From Cirrosporium novae-zelandiae (taxonomy: Eukaryota): DNA of 64,000 nt. A model generated the notes under the pieces. That model saw nothing but the letters and a program-made list of their open reading frames with translations, did not search any database and had not been told where the DNA came from. The stretch is taken from the NCBI GenBank assembly GCA_026023565.1, contig JAPETS010000021.1, forward strand, positions 124,001 through 188,000, in the 5' to 3' direction. How positions within the stretch are numbered: position 1 is the stretch's first letter; each line of letters opens with the position of its first letter. The translations under genes were made by a program, and so were the position numbers. Below are positions 48,920 to 61,523 of this stretch, in pieces.

Positions 48920-50223
48920 AGCACAGTAAGTAAGATGGTTTGCTATTAGTCAAGTTCAAATCAACTGGACAGGTGGGCTGGTTAGATTAGGTAGGTTAGG
49001 CTTGTTAGGGTGCTTACTGCAATAAATTGACGGTTGTGACGGAATTAGCCGCCTATTACTGTGTGAGTTTTCATTTAGGGGGAACGCTTGGGGGGGGGGG
49101 AGGGGGGCAAGGAAGGTCAAGGGGGCCCAGGGGAGTGGTGGGGAGTACGGGGAGGGGGGGTTGTGCTTTGGGCAGGATGACAGGGTTAAAATGGGGATGG
49201 GGTGATAGTGGAAAAGCCGGAAAGAGGGGGGTGTTGTCTGCTGTTCTACTTTCTACCTTGATAATTAATTACCTAGGTAATCAATCAATCAATCTTTAGT
49301 AATTACTGTATGTTCAATCACTACTTTCTGTCTGGTTACCTAGGTACTTATTCAGTTGCATGAAGCCCAGCTTGCTTCCTTTGCCACTCCACATGTAAAT
49401 TTTAAAGCTTTTTCTTTCCCTTATCTTATCTTGAGTAGGTACAGACAAGTACAATACCATGACTCCATGACGGCCTAGGTATCTATCTAGGTACTTAGGT
49501 ATATCTAACCACATGATCATTGAAGAAAGTCGATTCCATGGTTCTATGGGGCCTGGAACATAATCCTGACAAGAAATCTACTGTCCTAATCATCCAAAGC
49601 AGGGTTTAAATTACATAACAAGACAGTCATAAGACAGACATCCATACCACCAAGACAACATTTTATACCTACAAAGATTTTGAAGATTTTGCAACGCTTC
49701 AAGTCGGACTACACCATGGTCATTCACCTATTATTGAATATACCAAAGAATAATAATTCAACAGTAAAAATGCCGAACAGTTTACTTCTTGCTCTCCACT
49801 TTATTCATCAAATCTACTTCCTTCCAGTACTGTTTTTTCTTATTTATTATTGTGCCTACTCCCAAGGACCCTCCAAATGATGCATCTGTTGACCTTCTCT
49901 AAAAGCCTCCCCAGTGTTCCTTCCAAATTTGTCAATAACTTCTAATGTCTACTTTCTTAAGCAATGAAGTCCATAAATTGGGCTCCATCTCATTTCATCT
50001 CTTTTCATCTCTTTTCATCTCTTTTCTCTACTACACATTTCAATTCAATCGTTTTTTCCATTCCAATTTTTGGTTACAGGGGTTTCTGCATCCACCGTTC
50101 ACTGTTCTAGTACTGTATTGGTCTCTTGACGTTCTAACACTCCATTCTCTGTGACCATTTCCAACTATTATTCTAGCCCCATTCGATCACTCATAATCAA
50201 ACACTCTTTCAAAGACCGCCAAA

Positions 50224-51422
50224 ATGAACGTCAATATGCCTGCCAATGGAGAAATCCACCTCCCTGGAGATAAGAGGCGTGGGGTTCCAAACCGCCCAAC
50301 AAAAACCCTAGAGAGGAGACACACTGCTCTAAGCGTTCTCCCCAATCTCGTTCGGGTGAACCTTGTGGCTCTGTGTGGAGAGCTCATTGGGACCTTTCTA
50401 TTTACCTTCTTCGCATTCGCCGCAACTCAAGTTGCTAATAGCGTCCCTGGTTCACAGTTATCATCGCTACTTTACATTGCTTTGGCCTTCGGGTTCTCCC
50501 TAGCAGTGAACGTGTGGGTCTTCTTCCGTATTAGCGGCGGCTTATTCAATCCAGCGGTAAGAAAGCGTCTTGAAGCTCAGTCTCTTTCATTAACTAGTCA
50601 ATCAGGTCACCTTTGCCATGTGGCTTGTAGGAGCTTTACCCTCAATTCGTGCAGCAATTATTCTCCTAGCCCAACTTCTAGGTGCAACAACGGCTGCGGC
50701 TGTCGTATCTACTCTGTTTCCTGGTCCTCCACTTTTTCAAGTCGGGCTTGGCTCTGGTACTTCTATTGTTCGTGGACTTTTCATTGAAATGTTCCTTACC
50801 TTTGAGCTTGTTTTCGCCATTTTCATGCTGGCTGCAGAGAAACACAAGGCAACATTTGTTGCTCCTATTGGCATTGGCCTTGCTCTTTTCATTGCTGAAT
50901 TGGCAGGTATGTTCTATCTTGCCTTCATCGGCATCTTAAGAGCCTCCTGCCAACCAAACCATATGAAAGTCTTATGCTAACCGTACACCTCTCGTAGGTC
51001 TCAGTTTCACGGGTGGTGCCTTGAATCCTGCAAGAGCTTTTGCAGCTTGTGTCGTCGCCCAATCAGATCACAAATTTCCAGGTTACCACTGGATTTACTG
51101 GATCGGCCCTCTCTTAGGTGCTACACTTGCGGCAGGCTTCTACAAGATTATCAAAATCCTCGAATATGAGACCGCCAACCCTGGCCAGGACGCGGAAGTT
51201 TCTTCCGGGGGCTACAGGGAGGAACGAGTTGCACCAAAGTCAAGAGGTACTGCGCACGATGGAACAGTCGAACTTGAGACATTTGATGGACCGTCTGTTG
51301 AGGGCCAAGGTCGTGGGAAACCCTCAAAAAATTCTCTTCCCCCGACTTTCTACGCTGGCCCACTTATGGAGAATGGGGATGCTCCATATTTTGCCACAAA
51401 GGCACAAGGCTTGCGCCGATGA
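50224..51422 (+). CDS. Classical (Aqy1-type) aquaporin, MIP family
   Basis: Exons 50224-50556, 50606-50906 and 50998-51422. Motifs GELIGTFLF, ISGGLFNPAVT, EMFLTFELVF, AEKHKATF, TGGALNPARAF, YHWIYWIGP. Confidence 0.95.
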
Positions 51423-52380
51423 AGGGTTTATTGTTATTTGCTGGAGGTGTTATGTTGTTTTGGTTGGATGGAGCTTGTTTGAACTCTAACTTCATTCTTA
51501 TACTATACCTACATGGGACGACATACCCTAAGATGGACTATCTCCCTACCTAATCACTTTCTCTACCATAGCAAATGTTTTTTTCACATCCAAGTTTACA
51601 TCCAAGTAAGTGTCAATGTTCTCGAAGAATTATGTAACGCATGGTGGGATAGCTAGACTTATCCCGTGGAAATGGGCTAGTCCTTGGTATAATTATTCCA
51701 GGTTCATTGAAACAGATGACATTGGCAATTCCCACTTTTGTTCAAAAGTACAGTGGGTGCATGGGGAATGTGAGACCTGAGGTACAGTACATGACGAGTA
51801 CATAACGATGATGGTGTGGCGGTGGTGGCAGTGCGATCTACCAACAAGTTTTGGTTCCCGATTGGCCGAATGCGGGGAAGTGGGCCAAGTAGAATGACAT
51901 CAAAAGTCAAATTTGTTCTCTTTCAACTCTGGACCATCAATTAAGTTGATGTGATGTCAGATCAGACAAGAACAGGTATATGAACAGGTACTACTTGGTA
52001 CTACTTGGTACCGTGGTATGAATTTGAAATCTGCATAGAGTATTTTCTTCTGCTGATCCTTTCCTTTCTGGTTTCCTAGCAACATACGCTGTAATTATGA
52101 CTTCCAGAATTCTTATATTCTAAACAAGGTAGTTTCCTGTAACAGTCCAGCATGGCGTCAGACATGGCAGCATTCACTACTTCCCTGTTTCATTACCTGG
52201 ATATTCATCGCTTTGTACCACGATAGAGAGAGTATGCCCTTCCAAAATAGTATAAATACTGACCTCTATCCTTTCGTTCTCATTTTCTTTTTTCCAATAT
52301 CTTCAACAGCCTCAATCAACTTGTCTACTTTACTAAATTCCTCAACCAAGCAATATCAATAATACTATACTTTAGCAATC

Positions 52381-53138
52381 ATGTCGAACATCATCAACAA
52401 AGCCAAAGACGCCCTCGGTGGAGGCCATCACAATGATGCCGCTACTGGACTTCATGATCCCCATACTACTGAGACCCATCACCAACATACCCCTGGTACC
52501 CATCAACCTATGGGGGCTGGTCACACAGTTGGTTCTACCAACCATGGACCTCACTCTTCTAACTTAGCCAACAAGACTGATCCTCGGTAAGTGATCCAAA
52601 TTCCTCTAGTCCAACGATTTTTCTGACATACTTGCTAGTTACGATTCTGATATGGGTAGGCTAGATATATTTCGAAGAATGCCTTGACTTAAGCTGATTT
52701 CATTAGATCATCGTGCTGCTCCAGGAGGCATGACAGGCGGCGCCACAGGTCCCGGAATGGCAGGCACGCATACATCTACGTCTACTAACCATGGACCCCA
52801 CTCCTCTAACATGGCCAATAAAGCTGATCCTCGGTCAGTTTTCCGCTACTTTGTTTATTTAACCATGTCTGACATCATTAGCTTTGATTCTGATCTCGAC
52901 CACCGTGGCAACCCAGGCTCTGGCATGACAGGTCCTGGCATGGCAGGTGGTGCTCACGGTGCCCACACTACTACCAAGCATACGGCTGGTCCCCATAACT
53001 CAGATCTCCTTAACAAACTTGACCCACGGTATACTTCTCTTCCACAGCCTATTAGTATTATAGTTCTAATATTTGTTTAGTGTCGACAGTGATCTTGATG
53101 GCAGTAAGACCGTTGGTGGAAATAAGACGTTCTCCTAG
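52381..53138 (+). CDS. Fungal dehydrin-like protein with three DPR repeats
   Basis: Exons 52381-52586, 52639-52655, 52707-52833, 52882-53028 and 53081-53138. Gly/His/Thr-rich, with three GPH.S...NK.DPR.DSD repeats (DprA/TbDHN1-type). TATAAATA at 52251. Confidence 0.9.
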
Positions 53139-53666
53139 GCATTGCGTGATGGTTTCTATCCTATTATAAACGATATCTTAAGGGTCTCGGAGAAGTACCT
53201 CGGTATCTTTAACATGACATGATGGATATGATATTGGGACGGCCCTGATAGGCGTTGTCTAACTACGAATACCCACACAATGTATACTATTGAAAGAAAG
53301 AAATTTTTTCGCATAATCCTCTTAATTGTAGAGTTGAATAAGTTGTCCATCTGAATTTTAATGGTGCGTCCAGTTCTGTCAAGGGATGTTTGATTTGGCT
53401 CATCTTGGCAGTTTTAGTGTCAGCCTTACAAAGCCATCCTAGTTGAATTTGCAGAGGTGGAAGCCTCAGTCGATCGGACTTCTCTTGATGAAAAAGTTAG
53501 CCAAGCTTATATAGGATAGCAATTTGGGATTATTGCTCACTGTGGTCTGGTATTGTATGGCCGTGATGCATAGATGTAGATGTGGATGTACTTTCTAATA
53601 ACCATCTCCCGATGAAGGGAGACATATGGAAGAGACGGATCGGCTTCGGAATGTTAGTGGGCAAAA

Positions 53667-54404
53667 TTACCGGGCTTTCAATAGTCTCTGAACAAGTCTC
53701 TTTTGATCGGCCACACTTAGCCTCAACTCATCAACATCAGTCACTGCCGTCCCCACCATCAGGGTTTCCCTAATATTTCCCGAATCCACCCAAAATCTCC
53801 CATTCTTCCCCACAGCAACTTCAAAGCTGAGCCCCTTGGAGCCTAACTCTTCTAGTATAACTGCTCCTCCCTTTCCCATTAGATTTCTAGCCATCGACTT
53901 GCTAATATCAAAGACCATTCCACCTTTTAGTTCCCCCAGCCCGTCCGATTTTCCTGTAGCGGGATTCACGCATGTGAGCTCCACATCCATATTTTTATTT
54001 GCTGAGAGAACACGAGCATATATCAGGGAACCAGCGGAGAGCAGTGGCCGGGTTTTTCGAGTAGCGTTCTCAAAGGCAAGAACGGGAAGAAGCGCAAATG
54101 GTGCATGAGGTGTCAGCATGCAAACATGGTAATCGGCCGTAGTATGGTGGACTTGTGCAATGAGAAGGTCCCCTGGCAACGGAATGTAGCGGCCGCTATT
54201 CAGAGTTTGTAGACTAAGGGAGGATGCTTTGGAGGAATTGGATGTAGCTGTGACAGTGCCTGGAAGAGTGGTGATGATAGAATCTGGGGGTTGGTGGGTT
54301 AAGCCGGCGGAGAGCTTGAGCGGGGCATTGGGATTCAAGGGCGGAAAGACGGCGGAGGGAATGGTGTCACCAGGGAGAAGGACGGAGGAAGATAAGGATG
54401 TCAT
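53667..54404 (-). CDS. RRP40: Exosome cap subunit Rrp40
   Basis: VLLPGD, RYIP..GDL.IAQV, LAFENATRKTRP.L..GSLIYARV, GLGELKGGMVF, FEVAVGKNGRFWVDS. The true ATG is taken as 54404. Confidence 0.93.
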   Translation of the reverse strand: MTSLSSSVLLPGDTIPSAVFPPLNPNAPLKLSAGLTHQPPDSIITTLPGTVTATSNSSKASSLSLQTLNSGRYIPLPGDLLIAQVHHTTADYHVCMLTPHAPFALLPVLAFENATRKTRPLLSAGSLIYARVLSANKNMDVELTCVNPATGKSDGLGELKGGMVFDISKSMARNLMGKGGAVILEELGSKGLSFEVAVGKNGRFWVDSGNIRETLMVGTAVTDVDELRLSVADQKRLVQRLLKAR

Positions 54405-54710
54405 GGTGAGCAATTGATAGACAGAACTAAGTAGAGAGATATGAGGAATACCAATAATGGGTTGTCGGCAGTATTTGTTATGCCGTAGGTTTTTAATTCT
54501 CAGCCCTACCAACTTATCCTTGAATCTTTGCCGATACACCGACGCTAGGAAAAAATTCGTGGAATTCATCATTTTCAGCAAATTCAAAACCCAGCCTGCT
54601 AACAACCAATTATTATGTTCATTTTTGCTCCTCGCACTCTGTCACCAACATATCTCTCTTGCTCGTCCTAAATATTTAAAAAAAAAAGGTTCATTTCTTT
54701 ACCGTGAAAA

Positions 54711-56701
54711 ATGAGTGTCGACGACGGCAGCGCAGTCTACGATGCGGCGGAGGGGAAGGTGGCTATCGGAATGTCCTTTGGGAATTCGAATAGTTCAATT
54801 GCTTATACGTCGCCTGTAAGTGGGACCTTTTTTCTTCTTGACATGCCTGCCCGCTTACCATGATATGTCTCATTAGGAGGGAAAAGCAGAAGTTATTGCA
54901 AATGAAGAAGGAGGTTCGTCTTCCCTTCATAAAAACATCCCATCATGCAAAGGCGTGCCGAAACTAAACATTCCCACGTCCACTAGATCGACAAATACCT
55001 TCAATCATCTCGTACATTAATGGAGAAGAGTACCATGGCACACAAGCAAAGTCTCAACTTATCCGGAATAGCAAGAATACTGTCGCATACTTTAGAGACT
55101 ATCTTGGACAAGAGTAAGCCGGAAATAAGAAATGTACATAGAGATTATGGGACCTGGGGCTAACGGCATACCAGATTTAAATCAATAGATCCTACGCCTT
55201 CTCATGCGTCCGCCCATCCTCAGCAGCATGAGCACACTTCCGCCTTTACTATCCAGGATACCGACTCTGAAAGCCCCAGCACTGTCACCGTTTCAGAAAT
55301 AGCCACTCGTCATATCCGCCGTCTTGCTTCATCTGCGTCTGACTTCCTTGGAAACAAAGTCAATGCAGCCGTGGTAACCGTTCCCACAAACTTCTCAGAG
55401 AAACAGCGGCAGGCGTTGATCGAAGCGGCAAAGGCTGCAGATATTGAGGTCTTGCAATTGATCAGCGAGCCCGTGGCTGCACTTCTTGCCTACGATGCTC
55501 GACCTGAGGCAAAGGTTGCCGATAAGAATGTGGTGGTTGCAGACCTAGGGGGTATCCGCTCCGACGTCGCTATCATCGCGTCAAGGGGAGGACTGTACAC
55601 GATTCTTGCTACAGCACATGACTACGAACTTGGCGGCGCTCAGCTGGATCAGGTTCTTGTCGACCATTTTGCAAAGGAGTTTATCAAGAAGCACAAAATT
55701 GACCCAAGAGAAGATGCGAGGAGTATGGCCAAGCTCAATTTGGAATCCGAGCTTACAAAGAAGGCCCTGAGCTTGGGCGTAAGCGCAACTTTCAGTTCTG
55801 AGAGTTTAGCCGACGGCATAGATTTCACTTCTACGGTCAATCGCACGAGATACGAATTACTAAGCGGCAAGGTTTTCACTCGGTTTACCAGGTTAATAGA
55901 AGACGCGGTGAAGAAGGCCGAGCTAGACGTTTTAGATATTGATGAGGTATGGTTTTTCATTTCAATCGACAGACTAGCTAAAGGCTAACATGTATATACA
56001 AGGTCATACTCTCCGGCGGCACCTCGCACACCCCCAAGATCGCCCGTCTACTAGAATCCATCTTCCCAGAATCGACCCCCATCCTCGCCCCCTCCACCTT
56101 CTCCGAAGCCCTCAACCCCTCCGAACTAGCTGTCCGTGGCGCCGCCATCCAAGCCTCCCTAATCCAAGAATTCGAGCACGAAGACATCGAGCAATCCACC
56201 CACCCTATGGTCACAGTAACCCCCCATCTCAGCAAGGCCATCGGTGTCCTCGTCATCTCAGATGAGGTGCAGAGAGGCATCTTCAACCGTCTTATCGACG
56301 CCCATACCGCCGTGCCCGTGAGGCGAACGGCACAGTATGCCACACCCAAAGATGGCGGAGACGTTCTCGTTAAGATCTGCGAAAGTGTAGAAGAGATTAA
56401 AGTCACGAAGCCAGCGCCCAAGGCCAAAGCCAGCGGCAAAAAAGAAGGAGAAGAAGGCGATGACGAAGAAGACTTTAGCAGCGAGGAGGAGGAAGACGAT
56501 ATCAGAGAGAAGGTATGGAAAGTCAACAAGGTGCTCGCAGAACTCGCAATCAAGGGTGTCAAGCCAGGAGGAAAGGTCGAGGTCACGGTTAACGTCGGCG
56601 GCGATTTGAGCGTGCAGGTTACGGCTAGGGAAGTTGGGGGCAAGGGGGGGGTCAGAGGCTCCTTGGACGTTCCTAAGATTGTGGAGAATGGAAGTGCTTG
56701 A
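54711..56701 (+). CDS. SSZ1: Atypical Hsp70 Ssz1 of the ribosome-associated complex
   Basis: Exons 54711-54815, 54877-54913, 54987-55113, 55175-55946 and 56003-56701 (last intron has an AAG acceptor). Motifs IGMSFGNSNSSIA, VIANEEGDRQIP, VVADLGGIRSD, ILSGGTSHTPKI; truncated substrate-binding domain without lid. Confidence 0.93.
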
Positions 56702-57694
56702 TTGAGCTTTCTTTCTTTTTAAGACATAAAGGGCACAGCACGGCACGGCATCTACATCTACATTGGCATCGGCATTGCGTTACGCATTCTTCTTCCACCC
56801 AACCCCTCCCAATCCCTTTCTCCTTTTCAATCCAATGTCCATTTTCCCTCTTCCTACCTATTCCATGCATGTGTGTGTTCATTTTTTTCCTGTGGTATTG
56901 GCATTGGCATATGAATATGAAATGTCCCTATAGAACCGAGAGAGAATGGAAGATATTTTTTTTGTTAAGAGAGAAGGGATGGGAGGAGGGGGGGGTGGTT
57001 GGTTTCCAAGTCCGCGTCCGGTTAGATTTTGATTCTTAGTCCGACTCTTAGACCGGCCCCTTGTTCTTGTTCTCTATAGCGGATGAAGTGGATTGGAACT
57101 GAACTGAATGTGAACGTGAACTGAACCGACCTGAACCGACCCGAACCGACCTGAACCTGAACACGAGAGAGATCAAAGATGACATGAAATGATGATATTC
57201 CTTTTAGAAAAGAAAAGATAAGGGGGAAATGGAAGGAGGGAAGGTAGGAACCCAAAACAAAAAATAAAAGGATTCTTGAATATTTGAATATTTGAATCCA
57301 CCTTTCGTGTGTGTAAATGTGTAATTTGTAATTTGTAATGAATATATAAAAATGATCCCCATTTCTTTTTCTTTCTTGTTTCTTCTCCCTCTCCCTCTCC
57401 CTCTCGAGATCCCTTTTTTTTAGTTTTGGGGAGTTTTTTTGTTTCTGCGTCTGCATCTTTTTTGTTTTCTTTTTGTTTTTCTTTTTTTTTCTCTTCAATT
57501 ATAACCAAGATTAATGGTTGGTTGACTAGCCCTATGAACTCAATATATATACATATATTATCAAAATTCAAAATTCAAAATTCAGAAGAAAAGTTCCTTT
57601 TTCCCCTTCCTTCTTTTCCCATAAATCTATAAATTTGTAAATTCGTATTTTTCTTTTTTTGGACCGGGCTGGATTGGGTTGGGTTTATGTTATG

Positions 57695-58700
57695 TATGTG
57701 AGTGTGTTAAGGGGGAGGGATGGGGAGAGGGATAAGATAAGGGTCGTGAGTTCTAAAGTAAGGTAAGGGGATTTGGAAGAGTGGGAGAGGGAAGGGGGGG
57801 GAGAGAGAATATAAAAAAAAAAAAAATATTGATAGAAATAAAAATAAGAATATCTAAAGAAAAGGTTCTTGTTTTTCAGGATAGTGATAATGGCCTACAA
57901 CTTATATTATCAGGATTCAAAAAAAAAAAAACAAAAAGCTCTTCTTTTCCTGTAAAATCGTAATTTTCTTTCTGGATTGGTTAATATTGTGTGTGTATGT
58001 GTGTATTAGGGGGTTTATAAAGGATAAAAGTCGTGAATTCTATAAAAAAAAAAATTTATTTGGAAGAGGGAGGAGAGGGAAGAGGGGGAGAGTGTGTATA
58101 TCTGTGTGTTCTAGATGGATGGTATAGTCTATAGTAGTATTATTATTAACAATAAAAATAAAAACAAAAACCAGAAAAGGTTCCTCTTTTTTTTTCTCTT
58201 CAATTATAATTAGGATGCTAGTGGTGGTGGTAGTGATAGCTCATGACTTATGTATATTTATTAGGTGTGTGTGTGTATTGTTAGGGGGTTTTACGGATTT
58301 TATAGATTAGGTGGATAGATAGGGTTATTGGAGAGTTATTAGATTATAAGAAATAAAGGTTGCAAGTTCTAAGGCAAGATTTGGAAGCGGGAAATAGCAA
58401 GAGGGAGAGAGTGTCTGTGTTGTTAGTGATAAGAACAAGAACAAGAATATCTAGGGGGAAAAAGAAAGGGTTCTTTTTTTTCTCTTCAGTTATATCTGGT
58501 GTTGTTAACGAGGACAAGAACAAGAACAGGAAACGAGAATTACTCAAGGGAAAAGGTTCTTTTTTTCTCCAAGTTATCTTTGGTGTTGTTGATCAGGACA
58601 AGAACGAGAATACCTAGGTGGAAAGAGTTCTTTGTTTCGCTTATAATCAGGATATGGTGATGGTAGCCCATGACTCATGTGTTTATCAGGATTCAGAAGA
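57695..58700. repeat. Degenerate ~290-320-bp triplication with nested shorter repeats
   Basis: Collinear anchors (GT-repeat/AGGGGG, TTCTA, ATTTGGAAG at 57771/58058/58379, purine tract, AAAGGTTC) recur three times. The third unit carries an internal ~85-bp duplication. Confidence 0.7.
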
Positions 58701-60093
58701 CTCCTTTCCCGTAATCCTGTCGGTGGTCATGATTCGTGTTATCAGGACTGAGAAGAACTCCTTCCCGTAATCCTATCCGTCTATCCATAATCATCGCATA
58801 GGGGGGAACTCCATTGACCCTGACTCTCCCTTCCTTTCCCAGAATCCCCCTACTTTTCTCAATTTCCTGATTTTCCCCAAAACATAAAGTGGGTATATTG
58901 ATAAATGATGACGATGGTGATGATGAATCTATACACACAGTTCAGTAAGGATATGCATATTGGATATGCATGCCTGGATCTCCCCTCTTTTTTTCTGTAG
59001 TGGACCTTCGGATATAACGATCACGGATATTCATCTTACTGAGAAGTGTGATCGACGCCGCTGTCCGGTATTGTAATGGCATTGTTTTTCTGTTGTTGTT
59101 GCCGCTTTGTTGGATCTACTGTACTGTACGGCTTTTGGATATCCGGATGGGGTAGTTGAGTTTCAAGAAACTTGAATGCGTGGACATGCACGGGATGGAT
59201 GAATGGTGTATGCATGGGATGAGGTTTAGAAGGTGGAGATGGAGGTGGAGGTGGAGATATCCGCGGCAGGTCAGCGTGAAACCTGGATGGATGAGTATTC
59301 CTTGCATTCTCTGATTAAAGTTGCCCCCTGCAGATTTTTTTGAACCCTGGAAATAATATCTTCATGACTAACTTGTCTCTCGGCCGGTTTATTTGCAGAT
59401 TATCTGGACTCGATGTTAGTTAGCCACGGTAGTGTCCGACATCTTTTGAATCTGGCTTTTTTTTTCATCTAGACGTCTAACCGGTTGCCTGGAAATAAAT
59501 GCAGTTCCGTGGATGGGGGAGTACATGAGAAGCTGTTAATTGTTTTAAACGTGGGAATATTTGTCTTGTAGTAAATAGGATAGCTAGGCGATGTGAGTGG
59601 TTAGGTTGTTTTAACCACGAAGAATGTTGTGGTCAACAGTCAAATGCATGGCTTGAAGGGCAAAAGATAAGATCGCTATCAGTTGATAAAGAAACCATCC
59701 AATTGAAGATTTTTCTTTTAGAATATTGTTGGAATGAATGGAAACCGAGAACTTAGCGGTTCGCAGGGGTATTTGTTCCCCTTTCTAAAAACTCCAATCA
59801 AGGTTACATCAGTACTTCTTGAAGGAGCTTGAGGCCACTTGATAGAGTAGTTTCAGGCAGATTACACTGCCCCAACAATATATCGGCAAAATGATGACTA
59901 TTCTCTCTTTTTCTTGTATTGCTACTCTGTTCTTCAAGCATGCATGTTCAAAGTCTTCTATGGTTGTCGGAGCGGCGGTAGCCGATATTGATTTGTCCCT
60001 GTTCGGTATTAGGCCACTCACGCTTTCCCTAGTTCGCCATGTGTGCTTTGCGAGCCGTCCACAAATTCTCGAATCGTAGAAGGATGCTCAACC

Positions 60094-61367
60094 TTACTCC
60101 TCTTCCCTCGTTAGCCACACTACCTCTCCCTCGTCAAATCCCAGTAGATACAACACCTCCACAAGGCTGCTCCCGTTTAGCCTCGCCGGTGCTTGCTGCT
60201 GCACCATTGGTTTTGCATTGAAAGCTACACCAAGACCCGCAGCACGTAGCATTGGCAGATCATTCGCACCGTCGCCAACGGTAATGGTCTGGCTCGCTGG
60301 GATTGGGCGGAAACGAGGGGGAAATGGAGAAGCTGCAGAAGTTTGAGGAGCTAGAGTGTCGAAGATGGGAGGATCGATTGGTAGAGGGGAAGCAGATACG
60401 CGGAGCGAGTGGAGAAGGGACAGTTTTTGGTGAGAATCAACAATTGGGGCATCGGGGACCAGCGAGCCGGTCAGACAACCGGTTGAATCAGTCGACAGCT
60501 TCGGACCAAAATCAGTGATGGTTAAGGCGGAAGAGAGCTGGAGTAACAACTCCGCTATCAGATGGAATGCAGGGAGGGCAGGAAACTTACGCGATTCGCG
60601 AACCGATGTTGGATTCCTAATTCTCTTGCCAGCCAGTCCACCATCGGGTGAAAGCCTCCACTCACGATTCCGACCTCAGCTCCTAACCTCATCAGTCCTC
60701 GGCATAGATCCTTAGCCCCTTCTCTTATTTTCAGTATCGCCTCTAGCCGTTGCCATATAGTTTCCTCAACACCTTTCAACACCGCAACTCGAGCCCGCAA
60801 TGCGTCCTTGAATTCTAATTCTCCATTCATGGCACGCGCGGTGATGGCCGAAACATCTTCATAGCGACCCACGGTACGAGCAAGCTCGTCGATTGTTTCC
60901 TGGTGGATGAGGGTACCATCCATGTCAAAGAGACAAAGACGCGGATGCGACCGCAGTGGGGTATTCAATTGTACCACAATTTCTACATTATGATTGCGCT
61001 CGAAGGCTGTGAGGGCTTCGAGATGCCGAATAGAGTCTAGAGAGGGTGTCGGAGAAGGTAATGGAATTCGGACTTCTAAAATCTGGGGTGAATGAAGGCG
61101 TAGAAAGCGGGTCTGGATTGAAGAAGGCTTCAAAGTAGAAGTAAAGAGAGAAGGAAGAAAGCTTTCAGTCAAGGCGGACAGGGTGGTTATAGGAATTATT
61201 TGAGCTGGAGGCGACAGGCTCGGAGGGCGATGGAATATTGTTAGAACGAGGGAATTGGGTTGAGGGAGGGCGGTGAAGATGGACGGATTGGATGATATGA
61301 CGGAGAATGAGTCAGTGCCAGACATCGAAGCATAGATAGAGGCGGCATGGTCAGCGTTTTCGTCCAT
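60094..61367 (-). CDS. SER2: Phosphoserine phosphatase (HAD family)
   Basis: Exons 61367-60591 and 60537-60094. Motifs FDMDGTLIHQETIDELA, ITARAMNGELEF, VSGGF, FANRL, VGDGANDLPML..AGLGVAFNAKP. Confidence 0.93.
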
Positions 61368-61473
61368 GGAGACAAGTCGTGATTTGGACCAAATATTGTC
61401 AACTACTATAATATCAAACACGTCAATCGTTTCGCAAATCACGAAATAATTGTTCCGAGGACTGGAATGACAA

Positions 61474-61523
61474 TGGAACTTTTGGAACTCTTGGGACTCT
61501 TGGGACTCTTGGGACTCTTGGGA
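61474..61523. repeat. ~5.5 x 9-bp (TGGGACTCT) tandem repeat about 110 bp upstream of SER2
   Basis: Directly visible; the first two units are variant. Confidence 0.85.

Noticed and set aside
54405..54605. 67-aa N-terminal extension of RRP40 in the ORF track
   Set aside because: Starts at a non-ATG codon inside the shared promoter; Rrp40 similarity begins at ATG 54404.
56698..57632. Lys- or Phe-rich ORFs downstream of SSZ1
   Set aside because: Translations of homopolymer and microsatellite tracts.
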